In this document: piece by piece, positions 11,433 through 22,672 of the stretch | Layout of the letters: every line of letters begins with the position of its first letter | Numbering within the stretch: position 1 is the stretch's first letter | Made by a program: the position numbers and the translations under genes | The notes under the pieces: model-generated | Databases searched by the model: none | Told to the model about the DNA's origin: nothing | What the model saw: only the letters and a program-made list of their open reading frames with translations | Origin: an uncultured Acidimicrobiales bacterium | GTDB taxonomy: Bacteria; Actinomycetota; Acidimicrobiia; Acidimicrobiales; RAAP-2 | Direction: 5' to 3' | DNA length: 64,000 nucleotides | Assembly: GCA_963806285.1 (NCBI GenBank) | Contig: CAWDXJ010000008.1 | Span: forward strand, 102,795 to 166,794

Positions 11433-12560
11433 GTGCCCGAAGTCGCCGTCATCTTCGGAGGTCCGTCGCCCGAGCACGACGTCAGCGTGCTGACCGGCTG
11501 CAGGCGGCCCGCGGCCTGGCTGACCGGCTCCGACGGCTCACGGGGATCACCGTGCGGCTGTTCTGGACCAAGACCGGCGACTGGTACGAGGTCGATCCCG
11601 GCCTCGAGGCCGAGGCGTTCCTCGAGGGCGTGCCCCGGGGAGCGAGCGAGGCTGCAGTTCGATCGCCGCACCCGGCGGCGGGTTCTCCGAGCCGGCGGAC
11701 GGCTCGGACGGCCCCGGGCCCTCGAGCTCGACGCCGCGCTGGTGTGCTGCCACGGGGGACCCGGGTGAGGACGGCACCCTGCAGGCCGCGCTCGACCTGG
11801 CCGGCATCCGCTATTCGGGCCCGACGGTGGCCGGCGCGGCGCTGGGGATGGACAAGCTGGCCTTCGGCGCGCTGGTGGCCGCCGCCGGCCTGCCCACCCT
11901 GCCCCGGGCCTGTTGGTCGCCGGACGCCGGGGCCGCCGCCGTTCGACGGGCCCTACATCGTCAAGCCCCGCTTCGGGGGCTCGTCCATCGGGATCGACGT
12001 GGTCGAGGACTTCGCCACCGCGCGTGGCCCGGCTGGCCGCCAACCCCCATCTGCGCTTCGGCGCCGTGCTCGAGCCCTACCGTCCCGACCTGACCGACCT
12101 GCAGGTGGCCGTGCGCACCTGGCCGGCGCTGGAGCTCTCGGCGGTGGAGCGCCCCTTACGGGCCGGGGCTCCGTCGGACATCCTCGGCTACCGGGACAAG
12201 TACGTGGCCGGCGAGGGGATGGCCGGGGCCAACCGCGAGCTCCCGGCCCGGATACCACTCCGAGCTGGAGAAGGCCCTCCGCCAGGCGGCGGAGCGGATC
12301 GCCGTCGCTGGCCGGCGTCCGCGGGGTGGCCCGCATCGACTACCTGTCCGACGGCCGAGGAGTTCGTGGTCAACGAGATCAACACCGTGCCCGGCTCGCT
12401 GGCCCGCTATCTGTGGGTGGCACCGCCGGTCCCCTTCGCCACCCTGCTCGCCGACCTCCTGGCCGAGGCGCGACAGCGGCCCACCCACGCCTACTCCGCG
12501 GCCGGTGCGGACGGCTCGGTGCTCCGTTCGGCGGGATCGATCGCCGGCAAGTTGGGCTGA
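11433..12560 (+). CDS. ddl: D-alanine--D-alanine ligase; several frame changes
   Basis: VAVIFGGPSPEHDVSVLTG, CHGGPGEDGTLQAALDLAGIRYSGP, GMDKLAFG, YIVKPRFGGSSIGI, VARIDYL, VVNEINTVPGSLA. Confidence 0.8.
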
Positions 12561-12565
12561 GCCGC

Positions 12566-13075
12566 TTGGCCGTTCACCGGCTCCAGCTCCTTCCGGGCGA
12601 AAAGGTCCTCGTCGACATCAGGCCCCACTGGTCGTTCCTGTCCGGGCCGTTGGCGGTCTCGGTGCTGGTCATCGCCGTCGGGGTGGCCCTCGACATCGGC
12701 ATCCCCCACACCTCGGTGGCCGTCCACTGGGTCGAGGGTGCTGGTGGTGGCGGTCCCCTGCGCTCTGGTTGGCAGTCCGGGTGGTGCGGTGGCGCACGAC
12801 CCGCCTCGTGGTCACCTCGGCCCGGATCATCGAACTGTGGGGTGTGACGTCCGGCCGGCAGGCGGAGACGCCCCTGGCCGACATCGCTCGCGGTGATCGT
12901 CGTCCAGTCGCTCGCTCCGCCGGGTCATCGGCACCGGACGGCTCGAGCTGGAGATCAGGGGTGAGGACGCAGGTCCGCTGGATCGACGACGTGCGCAAGC
13001 CGATGGTCCTCCAGCCGGGTGATCAACCGACGGCTGCCGCCGTTCTCCCGATCCGGACGGTGGACCGGGTCCTGA
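12566..13075 (+). CDS. Membrane protein with bacterial PH (bPH_2, YdbS/YdbT-like) domain; frame changes; ends approximate
   Basis: PGEKVLVDIRPHWSFLSGPLAVSVLVIAVGVAL, then RWRTTRLVVTSARIIELWGVTSGRQAETPLADIA and GTGRLELEIRGED. Confidence 0.5.
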
Positions 13076-13209
13076 CCTCCGGGCGCAACCGGTCACGACC
13101 GGTGGCGACCGGCGACGGGCCCGGTAGCGCGCCCCGGTCGGAGGACGCCGTCCGTCCCGATCGCCTGGAACAGGTGGCCGGGAGGAGAGCGTCCGGCCGT
13201 ACGACCGAC

Positions 13210-14362
13210 TCAGCCGCGCCGGGCAACGGTGCCGTCCGCCGGGCGGACCCGCCAGGCCGCGTCGGGAGGACGGCGGGGTCGACGGCCCCCGGCCGGCACA
13301 GGGCCACCACGCAGCCCCCGAACCCTGCCCCGGTCATCCGGGCCCCGAACACCCCCGGGCGGGCGGCCAGCGACGTCCACCAGGTCAGTCGACAGCCGGG
13401 GTGGAGACGTCGAAGTCCTCGGCCAGGCTCCGGTGGCTCTCGGTCATCAGCGCTCCGGCGCCGGCCAGGTCGCCGTCCGCCGAGGGCCTCGGCGCAGCCC
13501 GCGCACCCGGCGGCACTCGCGTGACGACGTGGCGGGCCGGCCTGCGCAGCAGCGGGTCCGTGCAGCCCGGCCAGGTCGGACTCGTCGGCCGATCCCGAGG
13601 GGCCCGATGATGGCCGCCGCCGCCTCGCACTCGGCCACCCGGGCGGCGTAGTCGGAGGTGCGGCAGCGTCCGGCGCTGGCCGGAGTCGACGACCACGACC
13701 TCGGCCTCTCCGGGCATCTGGACCTGGCGCGTGGACAGGGTGGAGAAGTCGATGAGCAGGGCGTGGCCCCGCACGCCCCCCGGCGCAGACCAGGGGGTCC
13801 ATGGCCCCGACCGGGACGCCGGTCAGGTGCTCGGCCTGCTGGCAGAGGCGCGGCTACGACCCCGGCGGTCCCGGTCGACGCCGAACACCTCGGCCAGGGC
13901 CACGGCAGAGCGCCGCACTCGAGGAGAGCCCGGCGCCGACCGGGAGGGTGGAGTCGATGTGGACGGCCGCCGCCCGAGTCGGGCCTGGCCAAGGCGACCA
14001 TCGCCCCGACCAGCCGGGCCCAGGGCGGCTCGACGGCGGCCATCGGACCCGGCGTCGGCGGGATGTCCAACGGCAGCTCGACGCCGCCTCCGAACGCCTC
14101 GGACGTGACGCAGGACGGCCGGTCGGTCGGATGGGGTGAACGTGGACGGTGACGCCGAGGCCGATGGCCATGGGGAGGGCCAGGCCCTGGTTGTAGTCGG
14201 TGTGGTCACCGATCAGGTTGACTCGACCGGGTCCTACGGCTCGACGCGACCAGTGGCACCGGGGCTCCTCGTCGGGATCGATCTCTCCGGGAGCTCCATC
14301 GCCAGAGCTAGCGCCCTGGTCGAAAGCTGCTCGGCACCGAGAGTACGACGCGGCGGTCGCAT
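13210..14362 (-). CDS. galK: Galactokinase; several frame changes
   Basis: [55 protein letters not shown] (RHVVTEN-like), [32 protein letters not shown]. Confidence 0.8.
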
Positions 14363-14481
14363 TTGACCCCCGGGCGCCGGAGGGCCACCATCCGGCCATG
14401 ACAATCGGAGCTCGCAACGACCCCGTCGTCGAATCACCGATCGCGCCCTCGGCGCGGCCTCCGGCCACCGGGCGGTGCCCG

Positions 14482-15637
14482 GTGAGCGGCCCGCTCGAAG
14501 GCATCCGGATCATCGAGCTGGCCGGCCTGGGCCCGGCGCCGTTCGCCGGGATGATGCTGGCCGACGCCGGCGCCGACATCATCCGCATCGACCGGTTCGA
14601 CCGGGCCGTCTATCCGCCCAACCAGGAAGCCCACGTCGACCTGATGAACCGTGGCCGGCGGTCGGTGGCCGTGGACCTCAAGCACCCGAGGGCGATCTCC
14701 CTGGTGCTGCGCCTGGTGGAGCGGGCGGACGGGCTGATGGAGGGATTCCGCCCGGGCGTGGCCGAGCGGCTCGGGCTGGGGCCGGACGTCTGTCTGGGAC
14801 CGAAACCCAAGCTGGTCTTCGGCCGGATGACCGGCTGGGGCCAGGAGGGCCCCATGGCCCAGACCGCCGGCCACGACATCGACTACATCGCCCTGGCCGG
14901 TGCCCTCGAACCGATGGGGCGGGCCGGCGAGCGCCCCGTGCCCCCGCTCAACCTGGTGGGCGACTTCGGTGGCGGCGGCATGCTGCTGGCGTTCGGCATG
15001 CTGGCCGCCATCATCAGCGCCCAGCGGACCGGCGTCGGGCCAGGTGGTCGACGCGGCCATGGTCGACGGGGCCGCCTCGTCTGATGACCATGACCTACAC
15101 CCTGCGTGCCGCCGGCATGTGGAACGGCCCACGGGGCACCAACCTGCTGGACACCGGCGCCCATTTCTACGAGGTCTACGAGACGTCGGACGGCGGCTTC
15201 ATCGGCGTGGGCGCCATCGAGCCGCAGTTCTACGCCGAGCTGATCCGGCTGATCGGACTGGAGGACGAGGAGCTCCCCCACCAGATGGACCGTGACTGCC
15301 TGGCCGCAGATGAAGGAGCGGTTCGCCGACGATCTTCGCCTGGCAAGACCCGAGGAGCGAGTGGGAGAAGATCTTCGAGGGCAGCGACGCCTGTGCGGCC
15401 CCGGTGCTGTCACCGGCCGAGGCGCCCGACCACCCCCACAACCGGTTCCGGGGGACCTTCACCGAGGTGGCCGGGGTCGTGCAGCCCTCGCCGTCGCCTC
15501 GGTTCTCGGCCACGCCCGGTGCTATCCGGAGGCCTCCTCCCAACCCGGGCCAGCACGGCGACGAGGCCCTCGCCGACTGGGGTCTGACCCAGGCGGAGAT
15601 CGCCGAGCCCTGCGCCGGTCCGGCGCCATTCGCCTAG
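14482..15637 (+). CDS. Family III CoA-transferase (CaiB/BaiF, alpha-methylacyl-CoA racemase-like); at least 3 frame changes; alternative start 14398
   Basis: [96 protein letters not shown]. Confidence 0.8.
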
Positions 15638-15673
15638 GTCCGACCCACCGCCCGAGCCCTCCGAGTCGGAGGC

Positions 15674-15911
15674 TCAGAGGTTGACCACCGGGCAGGTAAC
15701 CGTCCGGGTGATCCCTTCGATCAGTTGGATCCGGCCGACCACCATCTGGCCCAGCTCATCGACCGTTCCCGCTTCGGCCCGAACGATCACGTCGTAGGGG
15801 CCGGTGACCCCTTCGGCGGCCACGATGCCATCCAGCGATCGCCACGGTTCGGGTGACGGACGCCGCCTTCCCGACCTCGGTCTGGATCAGGACATAGGCG
15901 TTGACCGGCAT
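15674..15911 (-). CDS. Stand-alone Lrp/AsnC-type ligand-binding (RAM) domain protein, about 78 aa, no HTH; one frame change (absent from ORF track)
   Basis: Reverse strand reads MPVNAYVLIQTEVGKAASV...DGIVAAEGVTGPYDVIVRAEAGTVDELGQMVVGRIQLIEGITRTVTCPVVNL*. A GGGAGGAG RBS lies just upstream. Confidence 0.5.
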
Positions 15912-15923
15912 CGACTCCTCCCT

Positions 15924-15955
15924 GGACGGCTGGACGGCTGAACGGCTGGACGGCG
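15924..15955. repeat. Four tandem 8-bp units (ggacggct x2, gaacggct, ggacggcg) in the divergent RAM-gene/transporter intergenic region
   Basis: Read directly: ctGGACGGCTGGACGGCTGAACGGCTGGACGGCGg. Confidence 0.8.
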
Positions 15956-16000
15956 GCGCAGGATGTTATCGCCGGCCCGGCCGACGCCTACCATGCCCTT

Positions 16001-17573
16001 GTGGGCGTTCGGGAGCGCGGTGACCAGTTCCGGCGCTTGGCCCGGTCGGCGATCACCGACCTGTTCGACCAGCGCTCGGCCGTTCGGGCGGCTGGCCCTG
16101 ACCCACGTCCTGATGACCGCGGGCGACACCATGTTCGCCGTCTCCCTGGCCGGCTCGCTGTTCTTCTCGATCTCCCCGACCGCGGCCAAGACAAGGTGCT
16201 GCTGTACCTGTTGTTGACCATGGCCCGTTCGCCGTGGTGGCACCGGCCCTCGGGCCTGTGATCGACCGCAGCCGGGGCGCCCGCCGGGCGATGGTGGTGG
16301 CGTCGGCCCTGGGACGGGCAGTGCTGTGCCCGTTCCTGGCCCGGGACATCCACTCGCTGCTCCTGTTTCCCGAGGCCTTCGCCATGCTGGTCCTGTCCAA
16401 GGTCTACCTGGTGACCAAGGGCGCGCTGGTACCCGGAGATGGCTGCCCTGGGCATGCTGGACGACGGCGGCCGGAGCCGGGACCGGGCCCGGTGCGCCGA
16501 CCCGGTCCGGGACCGTCGGGCACCGGGCGGGACCCGGGCACCCCTGAGGGAGCCCCACCGCCCGGCTGCCGGCGCCGGGTCGCGGCCCGGACCGACGCCC
16601 CCGTACGGCATGCCGGTCGTCCACGTCGACGACCCGGGCACCGGGACCGACACCGTCGAGCCGGACCTGGCCACCCTCAACGCCCGCCTCGGGCTGCTGG
16701 CGTCGCTGTCCGGCTTCGCATTCGCCCTGCCGGCGGTGGCCATCCTCAAGCTGGGGGGCGCGCCGAGCGTGCTGTGGGTGGCCGTCGTGGTGTTCGCCGC
16801 CGCCGCGGCGGCCGGGGCCCGGCTGCCGTGGCCCGGCGGCCGGTGAGGCGGACGGGCCGGCCGCCGCAGGAGCCGGCGGCCGCGTCGACGGCGCACGACG
16901 TCGGTCGGCCCGCCGTGTCGGTGGTCGTGCGGCCCCGGACGTCGAACCGACGTGGGCCGGGGACGAGGAGGACCTGGCGGCCTTCCGGCCGATCGCCGAC
17001 ACCGAGGTGATCCTGGCCCTGATGCCCATGTCGGTGCTCAAGGCGCTGGTGGGGTTCCTCACCTTCCTCTTCGCCTTCGGCCTCCGGCGGGAGGTGCCGC
17101 TCCACCTGGTGGTTCGGCCTGGTCCTCGGAGGGCTGACCGCCGGCGCGCTCATCGGCGTGCTGTCGGTGTCCAGGCTCCGCCGGGTGCTCACCGAGCAGC
17201 AGATGCTGCAGCGGGCACTGTGGCTGGTGGCGGCCTTCACCAGCGCTCGGGGCGCTTCTTCCCCGCAGCGCTGGCTCCAGGCGGTGGTGGCCATGGCGTC
17301 GGGCGCGGCGAGTGCGGTGGCCAAGCCCTCGTTCGACGCGCTGGTGCAGCGTCATGTGCGGGAGTCGAACCAGGGTCGTGCCTTCGCCCGGTTCGAGACC
17401 CGCTTTCAGCTGATGTGGGTGGTGGGGTCGTTCGTCCCGGTGGTGCTGTCGCTGCCCATCGGGGCGGCGACCTGGTCATGGCGGTGGTGGCCGCCGTCGG
17501 GGCCGTCTCCTACATGAGCTCACGCCGGGCGCTGGTGCCGAGTGCAGCCGCGCTCGGCCGGGCCGGTGGATGA
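16001..17573 (+). CDS. Polytopic membrane protein, MFS-like transporter; several frame changes
   Basis: [113 protein letters not shown]. Confidence 0.55.
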
Positions 17574-17589
17574 CCGACGCCCGACCGGC

Positions 17590-19381
17590 TCAGCCGAGTT
17601 GTCGCTCGAGCTCGTCCACCTCGGCGCGCAGCCGGGCCGGCAGCTTGTCGCCGAACGTGGCGAAGTGCTGGCGGATGCCCGGCAGCTCGGCCCGCCACTC
17701 GTCGGCGTCCACGGTCAGCAGCTTCTCCATGTCCTCGGAGGACACGTCGAGCCCCTCGGTGTCGATGGCGCCGGGGGATGGGATGAGCCCGATGGGCGTG
17801 TCGGTGGCGCCGCCGGTGCCGTTCACCCGCTCGAAGACCCACTCGAGCACCCGGGAGTTCTCCCCGTACCCTGGCCACAGCCACCGACCGTCCTCGTCCT
17901 TGCGGAACCAGTTGACGTAGAAGATCTTGGGCAGCTTGTCGCGGTCGGCACCGGCGCCCACGCTCAGCCAGTGGGCGAAGTAGTCGGCCATGTTGTACCC
18001 GCAGAACGGAAGCATGGCAAACGGGTCGCGGCGGAGGTTCCCCACCGCGCCCGTGGCCGCCGCGGTGGTCTCGGAGGCCATGATCGAACCGAGGAAGACA
18101 CCGTGCTCCCAGTCCCTCGACTGGAACACCAGCGGGACCACCGAGGCCCGGCGTCCGCCGAACAGGATGGCGTCGATCGGGACGCCGGTCGGGTCCTCCC
18201 ACTCCGAGGCGATGGCCGGATCCTGGGCGGCGGGGACGGTGAACCGGGCATTGGGGTGGGCCGCCGGCGCACCCGATCCCGGGGTCCAGTCCTCGCCCTT
18301 CCACGAGGTGAGATGGGCCGGGGACCTCGTCGCTCATCCCCTCCCACCACACGTCGCCGTCATCGGTCAGCGCCGTGTTGGTGAAGATGGCGTTGCCATC
18401 GAGGGTGAGCATGGCGTTGGGATTGGTGTGGACGTTGGTCCCGGGCGCCACGCCGAAGAAGCCGGCCTCGGGATTGATGGCGTAGAGCCGGCCGTCGGCG
18501 CCGAACTTCATCCAACAGATGTCGTCGCCCACCGTCTCGACCTTCCAGTCGGGCAGGGTGGGGATGAGCATGGCCAGGTTGGTCTTGCCGCAGGCCGACG
18601 GGAAGGCCCCGGTCACGTACCTCGTCTCGCCTGCCGGCGAGGTCAGCTTCAAGATGAGCATGTGCTCGGCCAGCCAGTTGGCGTCGCGGGCCATGACCGA
18701 GGCGATCCGCAGGGCGAAGCACTTCTTGCCGAGCAGTGCGTTGCCGCCGTATCCCGAGCCGTAGGACCAGATCTCGCGGGTCTCGGGGAAGTGCACGATG
18801 TACTTGTTCTCGGCGTCGCACGGCCACGGAGCGTCGGTCTCGCCCTCGGCCAGCGGCGCTCCCACCGAGTGGAGGCACGGCACGAACTCTCCGTCGGGCC
18901 CGAGCACCTCGAGGGCGCCCCGCCCCATGCGGGTCATGATCCGCATGGACACCGCCACATAGGCCGAGTCGGTGATCTCCACGCCGATGTGGGCGATCGA
19001 CGAGCCGAGCGGGCCCATCGAGAAGGGGACGACGTACATGGTCCGTCCCCGCATCGACCCCCTGAACAGGTCGGTGAGGACGCCCCGCATCTCCGAGGGC
19101 TCCCGCCAGTTGTTCGTCGGGCCGGCGTCGGACTCGAGGCTCGAACAGATGAAGGTCCGGTCCTCCACCCGGGCGACGTCTCCGGGGTCGGAGTGGGCCC
19201 AGTAGCTGTTGGGCCGCTTGGCGTCGGAGAGCTTGGTGAACGTCCCGTTGGTCACGAGCAGCTGGCACAGGCGGTCGTACTCCTCCGCCGACCCGTCGCA
19301 CCATTCGACGGCGTCGGGCTCGGTCAGCGCAGCGATCTCGTCCACCCAGGCGATCAGCTTCTTGTTGTCGGTGGGGGGCAT
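17590..19381 (-). CDS. pckG: Phosphoenolpyruvate carboxykinase (GTP); one frame change near 18300
   Basis: [96 protein letters not shown]. The two halves are in ORFs 17510-20077 and 17590-18141. Confidence 0.95.
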
Positions 19382-19519
19382 GGGCTGCGTTCTCCTCCTC
19401 GGGAATCCGGCTCGGCGGCGCAGCGGGCCGGAGCACCGGCACGGGCGGTCCGCGTCGGAGGTCCATGGCTGCGCGCCGATTGTAGTTGGGACGATCCGCC
19501 ACAATGCTAGGCAAGGGAG

Positions 19520-20589
19520 GTGGAGCGTCCCAATTTCGGGGGTCCCCCTGGCGATCGGGCAGGTGGCGTCGACGAGTTCGCCGCCATCGGGCTCCTCCGT
19601 GCCCGATTCGAGGCTGCTGCCCGGGTTCGCCACCCCGATGGCCCCCTCCCGCCCCCCGGGGACACCTGGATCGGGGACGACGCGGCCGTCGTGAGCATCG
19701 ATACCGGTTCGGCCGGCCAGCCTGTGCCGTCCGGCCAGCCGTGCCGTCCGGCCAGGCGTGCCGTCCGGCCAGGCCGTGCTGGCCACCGACCTGGTCGTCG
19801 AGGGGGTCCACTTCGATCTCGGGCTCTGCGGTCTCGACGACGTGGGGTACAAGGCGCTGATCGTCACCGTGTCCGACCTGGCCGCCATGGGGGCCTGGCC
19901 CGAATACGCCCTGGTCTCGGTGGCCGGCCCGCCCGGGACCGACTTCGACCGGCTGGGGGCCGGCCTGGCCGCGGCGGCGGCCGAGACCGGGTGCGTGGTG
20001 GTCGGCGGGGACCTCTCGCAATCGTCGGCCCTGGTGGTCTCCAGCGCGGTGCTGGGCCTGCTCCGCGGCGATTCCAACGACGGCCCACTGCTCCGGGCGG
20101 GGGCACGACCCGGAGACCTCCTCTTCGTGACCGGCCCCCTCGGCGGGTCCTCGGCCGGCCTGCGCCTACTGCAGCGCCGTGGGGAGGGCGCCGACGGCGA
20201 AGGCAGGCCCGGCCTCCTGCCGCGCCTACCGGCGGCCGGCGGCCCGGCTCGTCGAGGGGGAGACCGCCCGCCACGCGGGGGCCGGGGCGGCGATCGACAT
20301 CTCCGATGGCCTGGTTGCCGACAGCGGGCACCTGGGCCGGGCGTCCGGGGTGGGCATCGCCCTCGACGCGCTTCCGGTGGTCGACGGGGCCACCCGCGAC
20401 GAGGCGCTGCACGGGGGCGAGGAGTACGAGCTGCTGATCGCCACCGGCGACCCTGACCGACTGGTCAGGAACTTCCGGGCCGCGGGCCTGCGCCCACCCC
20501 TGCCCATCGGGATCTGCACCGACCGGGCCGGACAGGCCACGCTCGACGGCGAGCCGCTGCCCGAGGGCGGCTGGCGCCACCGTTTCTGA
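19520..20589 (+). CDS. thiL: Thiamine-monophosphate kinase; two frame changes, one inside an internal tandem repeat; start approximate
   Basis: [76 protein letters not shown]. Confidence 0.85.
19712..19781 (+). repeat. Four tandem units of 18/17/17/18 nt (tccggccagccNgtgccg) inside thiL, encoding (SGQPVP)n
   Basis: Read directly. The two 17-nt units together account for the reading-frame change between ORFs 19520-20437 and 19758-20456. Confidence 0.8.
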
Positions 20590-20720
20590 GCACCGCCCTT
20601 TTGAGCACCGCCCTCCTGACGCGACCACCGGCGTTCGGAGCGTCACCGGCGTTCGCGGCAGGCCCCCGATGGCGTGTCGACGCACGGTGCCAGCGGCCGG
20701 TGCGACCGGCGGGAGGGACC

Positions 20721-20930
20721 TCAGGCGGGGATGTTCCGGACCGGTCGCTTGACGACCTTGCCCGAGCGGATGCAGGACGTGCAGGCGTTGAGGCGCTTGG
20801 GAGACCCGTCCACGAGAGCCCGCACCCGCTGGATGTTCGGATCCCAGCGTCGCTTGGTCCGTCGGTGGGAGTGACTGACGCTCATCCCGAACGACGGCTT
20901 CTTGCCGCAGACCTCGCACACCGCTGCCAT
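20721..20930 (-). CDS. rpmB: 50S ribosomal protein L28
   Basis: [59 protein letters not shown]; intact. Confidence 0.95.
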   Translation of the reverse strand: MAAVCEVCGKKPSFGMSVSHSHRRTKRRWDPNIQRVRALVDGSPKRLNACTSCIRSGKVVKRPVRNIPA

Positions 20931-20948
20931 GACGCTCCGACTCCCTCG

Positions 20949-20954
20949 TAGGAT
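20949..20954 (+). promoter_or_regulatory. -10-like TAGGAT, 8 nt upstream of TTG 20963
   Basis: cgTAGGATcctctgggTTGggc. Confidence 0.3.
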
Positions 20955-20962
20955 CCTCTGGG

Positions 20963-22672
20963 TTGGGCGCAAAGGTTAGCATCCTGGCCATGGTGGTCCT
21001 CGACGCCCTCGGAGCTGCGGACCTGCTGCAGCTCGTGACCACCTACCGCGACGGACTCCGGACCCACCAGGAGCTGATCAACCGGCTCAACGTCTATCCG
21101 GTACCCGACGGCGACACCGGGACCAACATGGCCCTGACCCTCGAGTCGGTGGTCGACGAGCTCTCCGGACTCGACATCCCCGACCTCGCCGCCACCTGCC
21201 GGGCCATCGCCCATGGCTCGCTGATGGGGGCGCGTGGCAACTCCGGCGTCATCTTGTCCCAGCTGCTCCGGGGCATCACCGAGGGGCTCGACTGCCCCTC
21301 CGGGCGGCCGGGTCCCCATGAGCTGTCGGAGGCCCTGACCGTCGCCGACCGGCTCGCCCGAGAGGCCGTGATGCGCCCGGTCGAAGGGACGATCCTGACC
21401 GTGGCCCGCGGCGCCGCCACCGAGGCCAGGCAGGCGGCGGAGGCGGGCAAGTCGCTGGTCGACGTGGCGGAGGCGTCCAGGGTCGGGGCCGCGGACGCGC
21501 TCGCCCGCACGCCGTCGCTCCTGCCCGTGTTGGAGCAGGCCGGCGTGGTCGATGCCGGCGGAACCGGTTACCTCCTGTTGTTCGACGCCCTGCTCGCCGT
21601 GCTGGACGGGCGTCCCATGCCGACCCCACCCGACCGGCCGGAGTCGGTCGTCATCCCCCTCGGCGCGCACGCCACCGGTGCCTCCTCCTCGTCGCCGGAG
21701 GGCGATGCCGCCCTCGCCGGCCTCCGCTACGAGGTCATGTACCTCCTCGAGGCGCCGGACGACACCATTCCGTCCTTCAAGGAGGTGTGGGCCGGCATCG
21801 GGGACTCCATCGTGGTGGTCGGGGGGGACGGGATCTGGAATTGCCACATCCACACCGACGACATCGGTGCCGCCATCGAGGCGTCGCTCGACGCGGGGCG
21901 GCCACGGACCATCCGGGTCACCGACCTGCTCGAGGAGGTCGAAGAGGAGCGTTGGGTGCGCGAGGGGGCGGGCACCGTGGGCACCGGGCCGTCGGACACC
22001 CCACCCGGCCCTCCTCCGACCACCGGGGTGGTGGCGGTGGCCAGCGGGGAGGGCATCGCCAGGATCTTCCGCTCGCTCGGCGTCCAAGGGCTGATCGCCG
22101 GTGGCCAGACCATGAACCCCTCCACCGCCGAGCTGGTCGAGGTCGTGGACTCCCTCCGCTCCGACGAGGTGGTCATCCTCCCCAACAACGGCAACATCCG
22201 GCCGGTTGCCACCCAGGTCGACGACCTCACCACCAAGCGGGTCTGGGTGGTCCCCACCGCCACCGTCGCCGAGGGCTTCGCCGCGTTGTTGGCCTACGAC
22301 CCCGGTGCCCACGGTGACGTCAACGCCCGCACCATGGAGGAGTCGGCCCAGAGGGTGGTGGCCGGCGAGATCACCCGGGCCGTGCGCGATGCCGAAAGCC
22401 GGGCGGGACCGATCGCCGCCGGCGACTGGTTGGGCCTGTCGCGCCAGGGGATCGAGGTCGTCAGCGACTCGCTTACCGGGGCGGCCTGCCTGTTGCTCGA
22501 CGTGCTGGTGGCCGACGGCCACGACCTGGTGACCATCATCGAGGGCGAGGGCACGGGCGCGGCCGACACCCGTCGGATCACCGAGTGGCTGCGGGACCAC
22601 CGGCCCGATGTCGAAACGGAGGTGCACCACGGCGGGCAGCCCCTCTATCCCTACCTCTTCTCCATCGAGTGA
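20963..22672 (+). CDS. DAK2-domain fusion protein YloV; intact; alternative start ATG 20990
   Basis: [30 protein letters not shown]; 569-aa uninterrupted ORF; classical rpmB/yloV/recG neighbourhood. Confidence 0.9.
   Translation: MGAKVSILAMVVLDALGAADLLQLVTTYRDGLRTHQELINRLNVYPVPDGDTGTNMALTLESVVDELSGLDIPDLAATCRAIAHGSLMGARGNSGVILSQLLRGITEGLDCPSGRPGPHELSEALTVADRLAREAVMRPVEGTILTVARGAATEARQAAEAGKSLVDVAEASRVGAADALARTPSLLPVLEQAGVVDAGGTGYLLLFDALLAVLDGRPMPTPPDRPESVVIPLGAHATGASSSSPEGDAALAGLRYEVMYLLEAPDDTIPSFKEVWAGIGDSIVVVGGDGIWNCHIHTDDIGAAIEASLDAGRPRTIRVTDLLEEVEEERWVREGAGTVGTGPSDTPPGPPPTTGVVAVASGEGIARIFRSLGVQGLIAGGQTMNPSTAELVEVVDSLRSDEVVILPNNGNIRPVATQVDDLTTKRVWVVPTATVAEGFAALLAYDPGAHGDVNARTMEESAQRVVAGEITRAVRDAESRAGPIAAGDWLGLSRQGIEVVSDSLTGAACLLLDVLVADGHDLVTIIEGEGTGAADTRRITEWLRDHRPDVETEVHHGGQPLYPYLFSIE

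Noticed and set aside
19382-19519. TPP riboswitch upstream of thiL.
   Set aside because: There is no CUGAGA or ACCUGAUCUGGAUAAUGCCAGCG-like conserved core in the 138-nt spacer. The region looks like divergent pckG/thiL promoters (TACAAT on the minus strand).
17510-20077. 855-aa minus-strand ORF suggesting a giant PEP carboxykinase with a long N-terminal extension.
   Set aside because: PckG homology begins at MPPTDNKK (ATG 19381). The upstream 230 codons are antisense to thiL and have no recognisable motifs.
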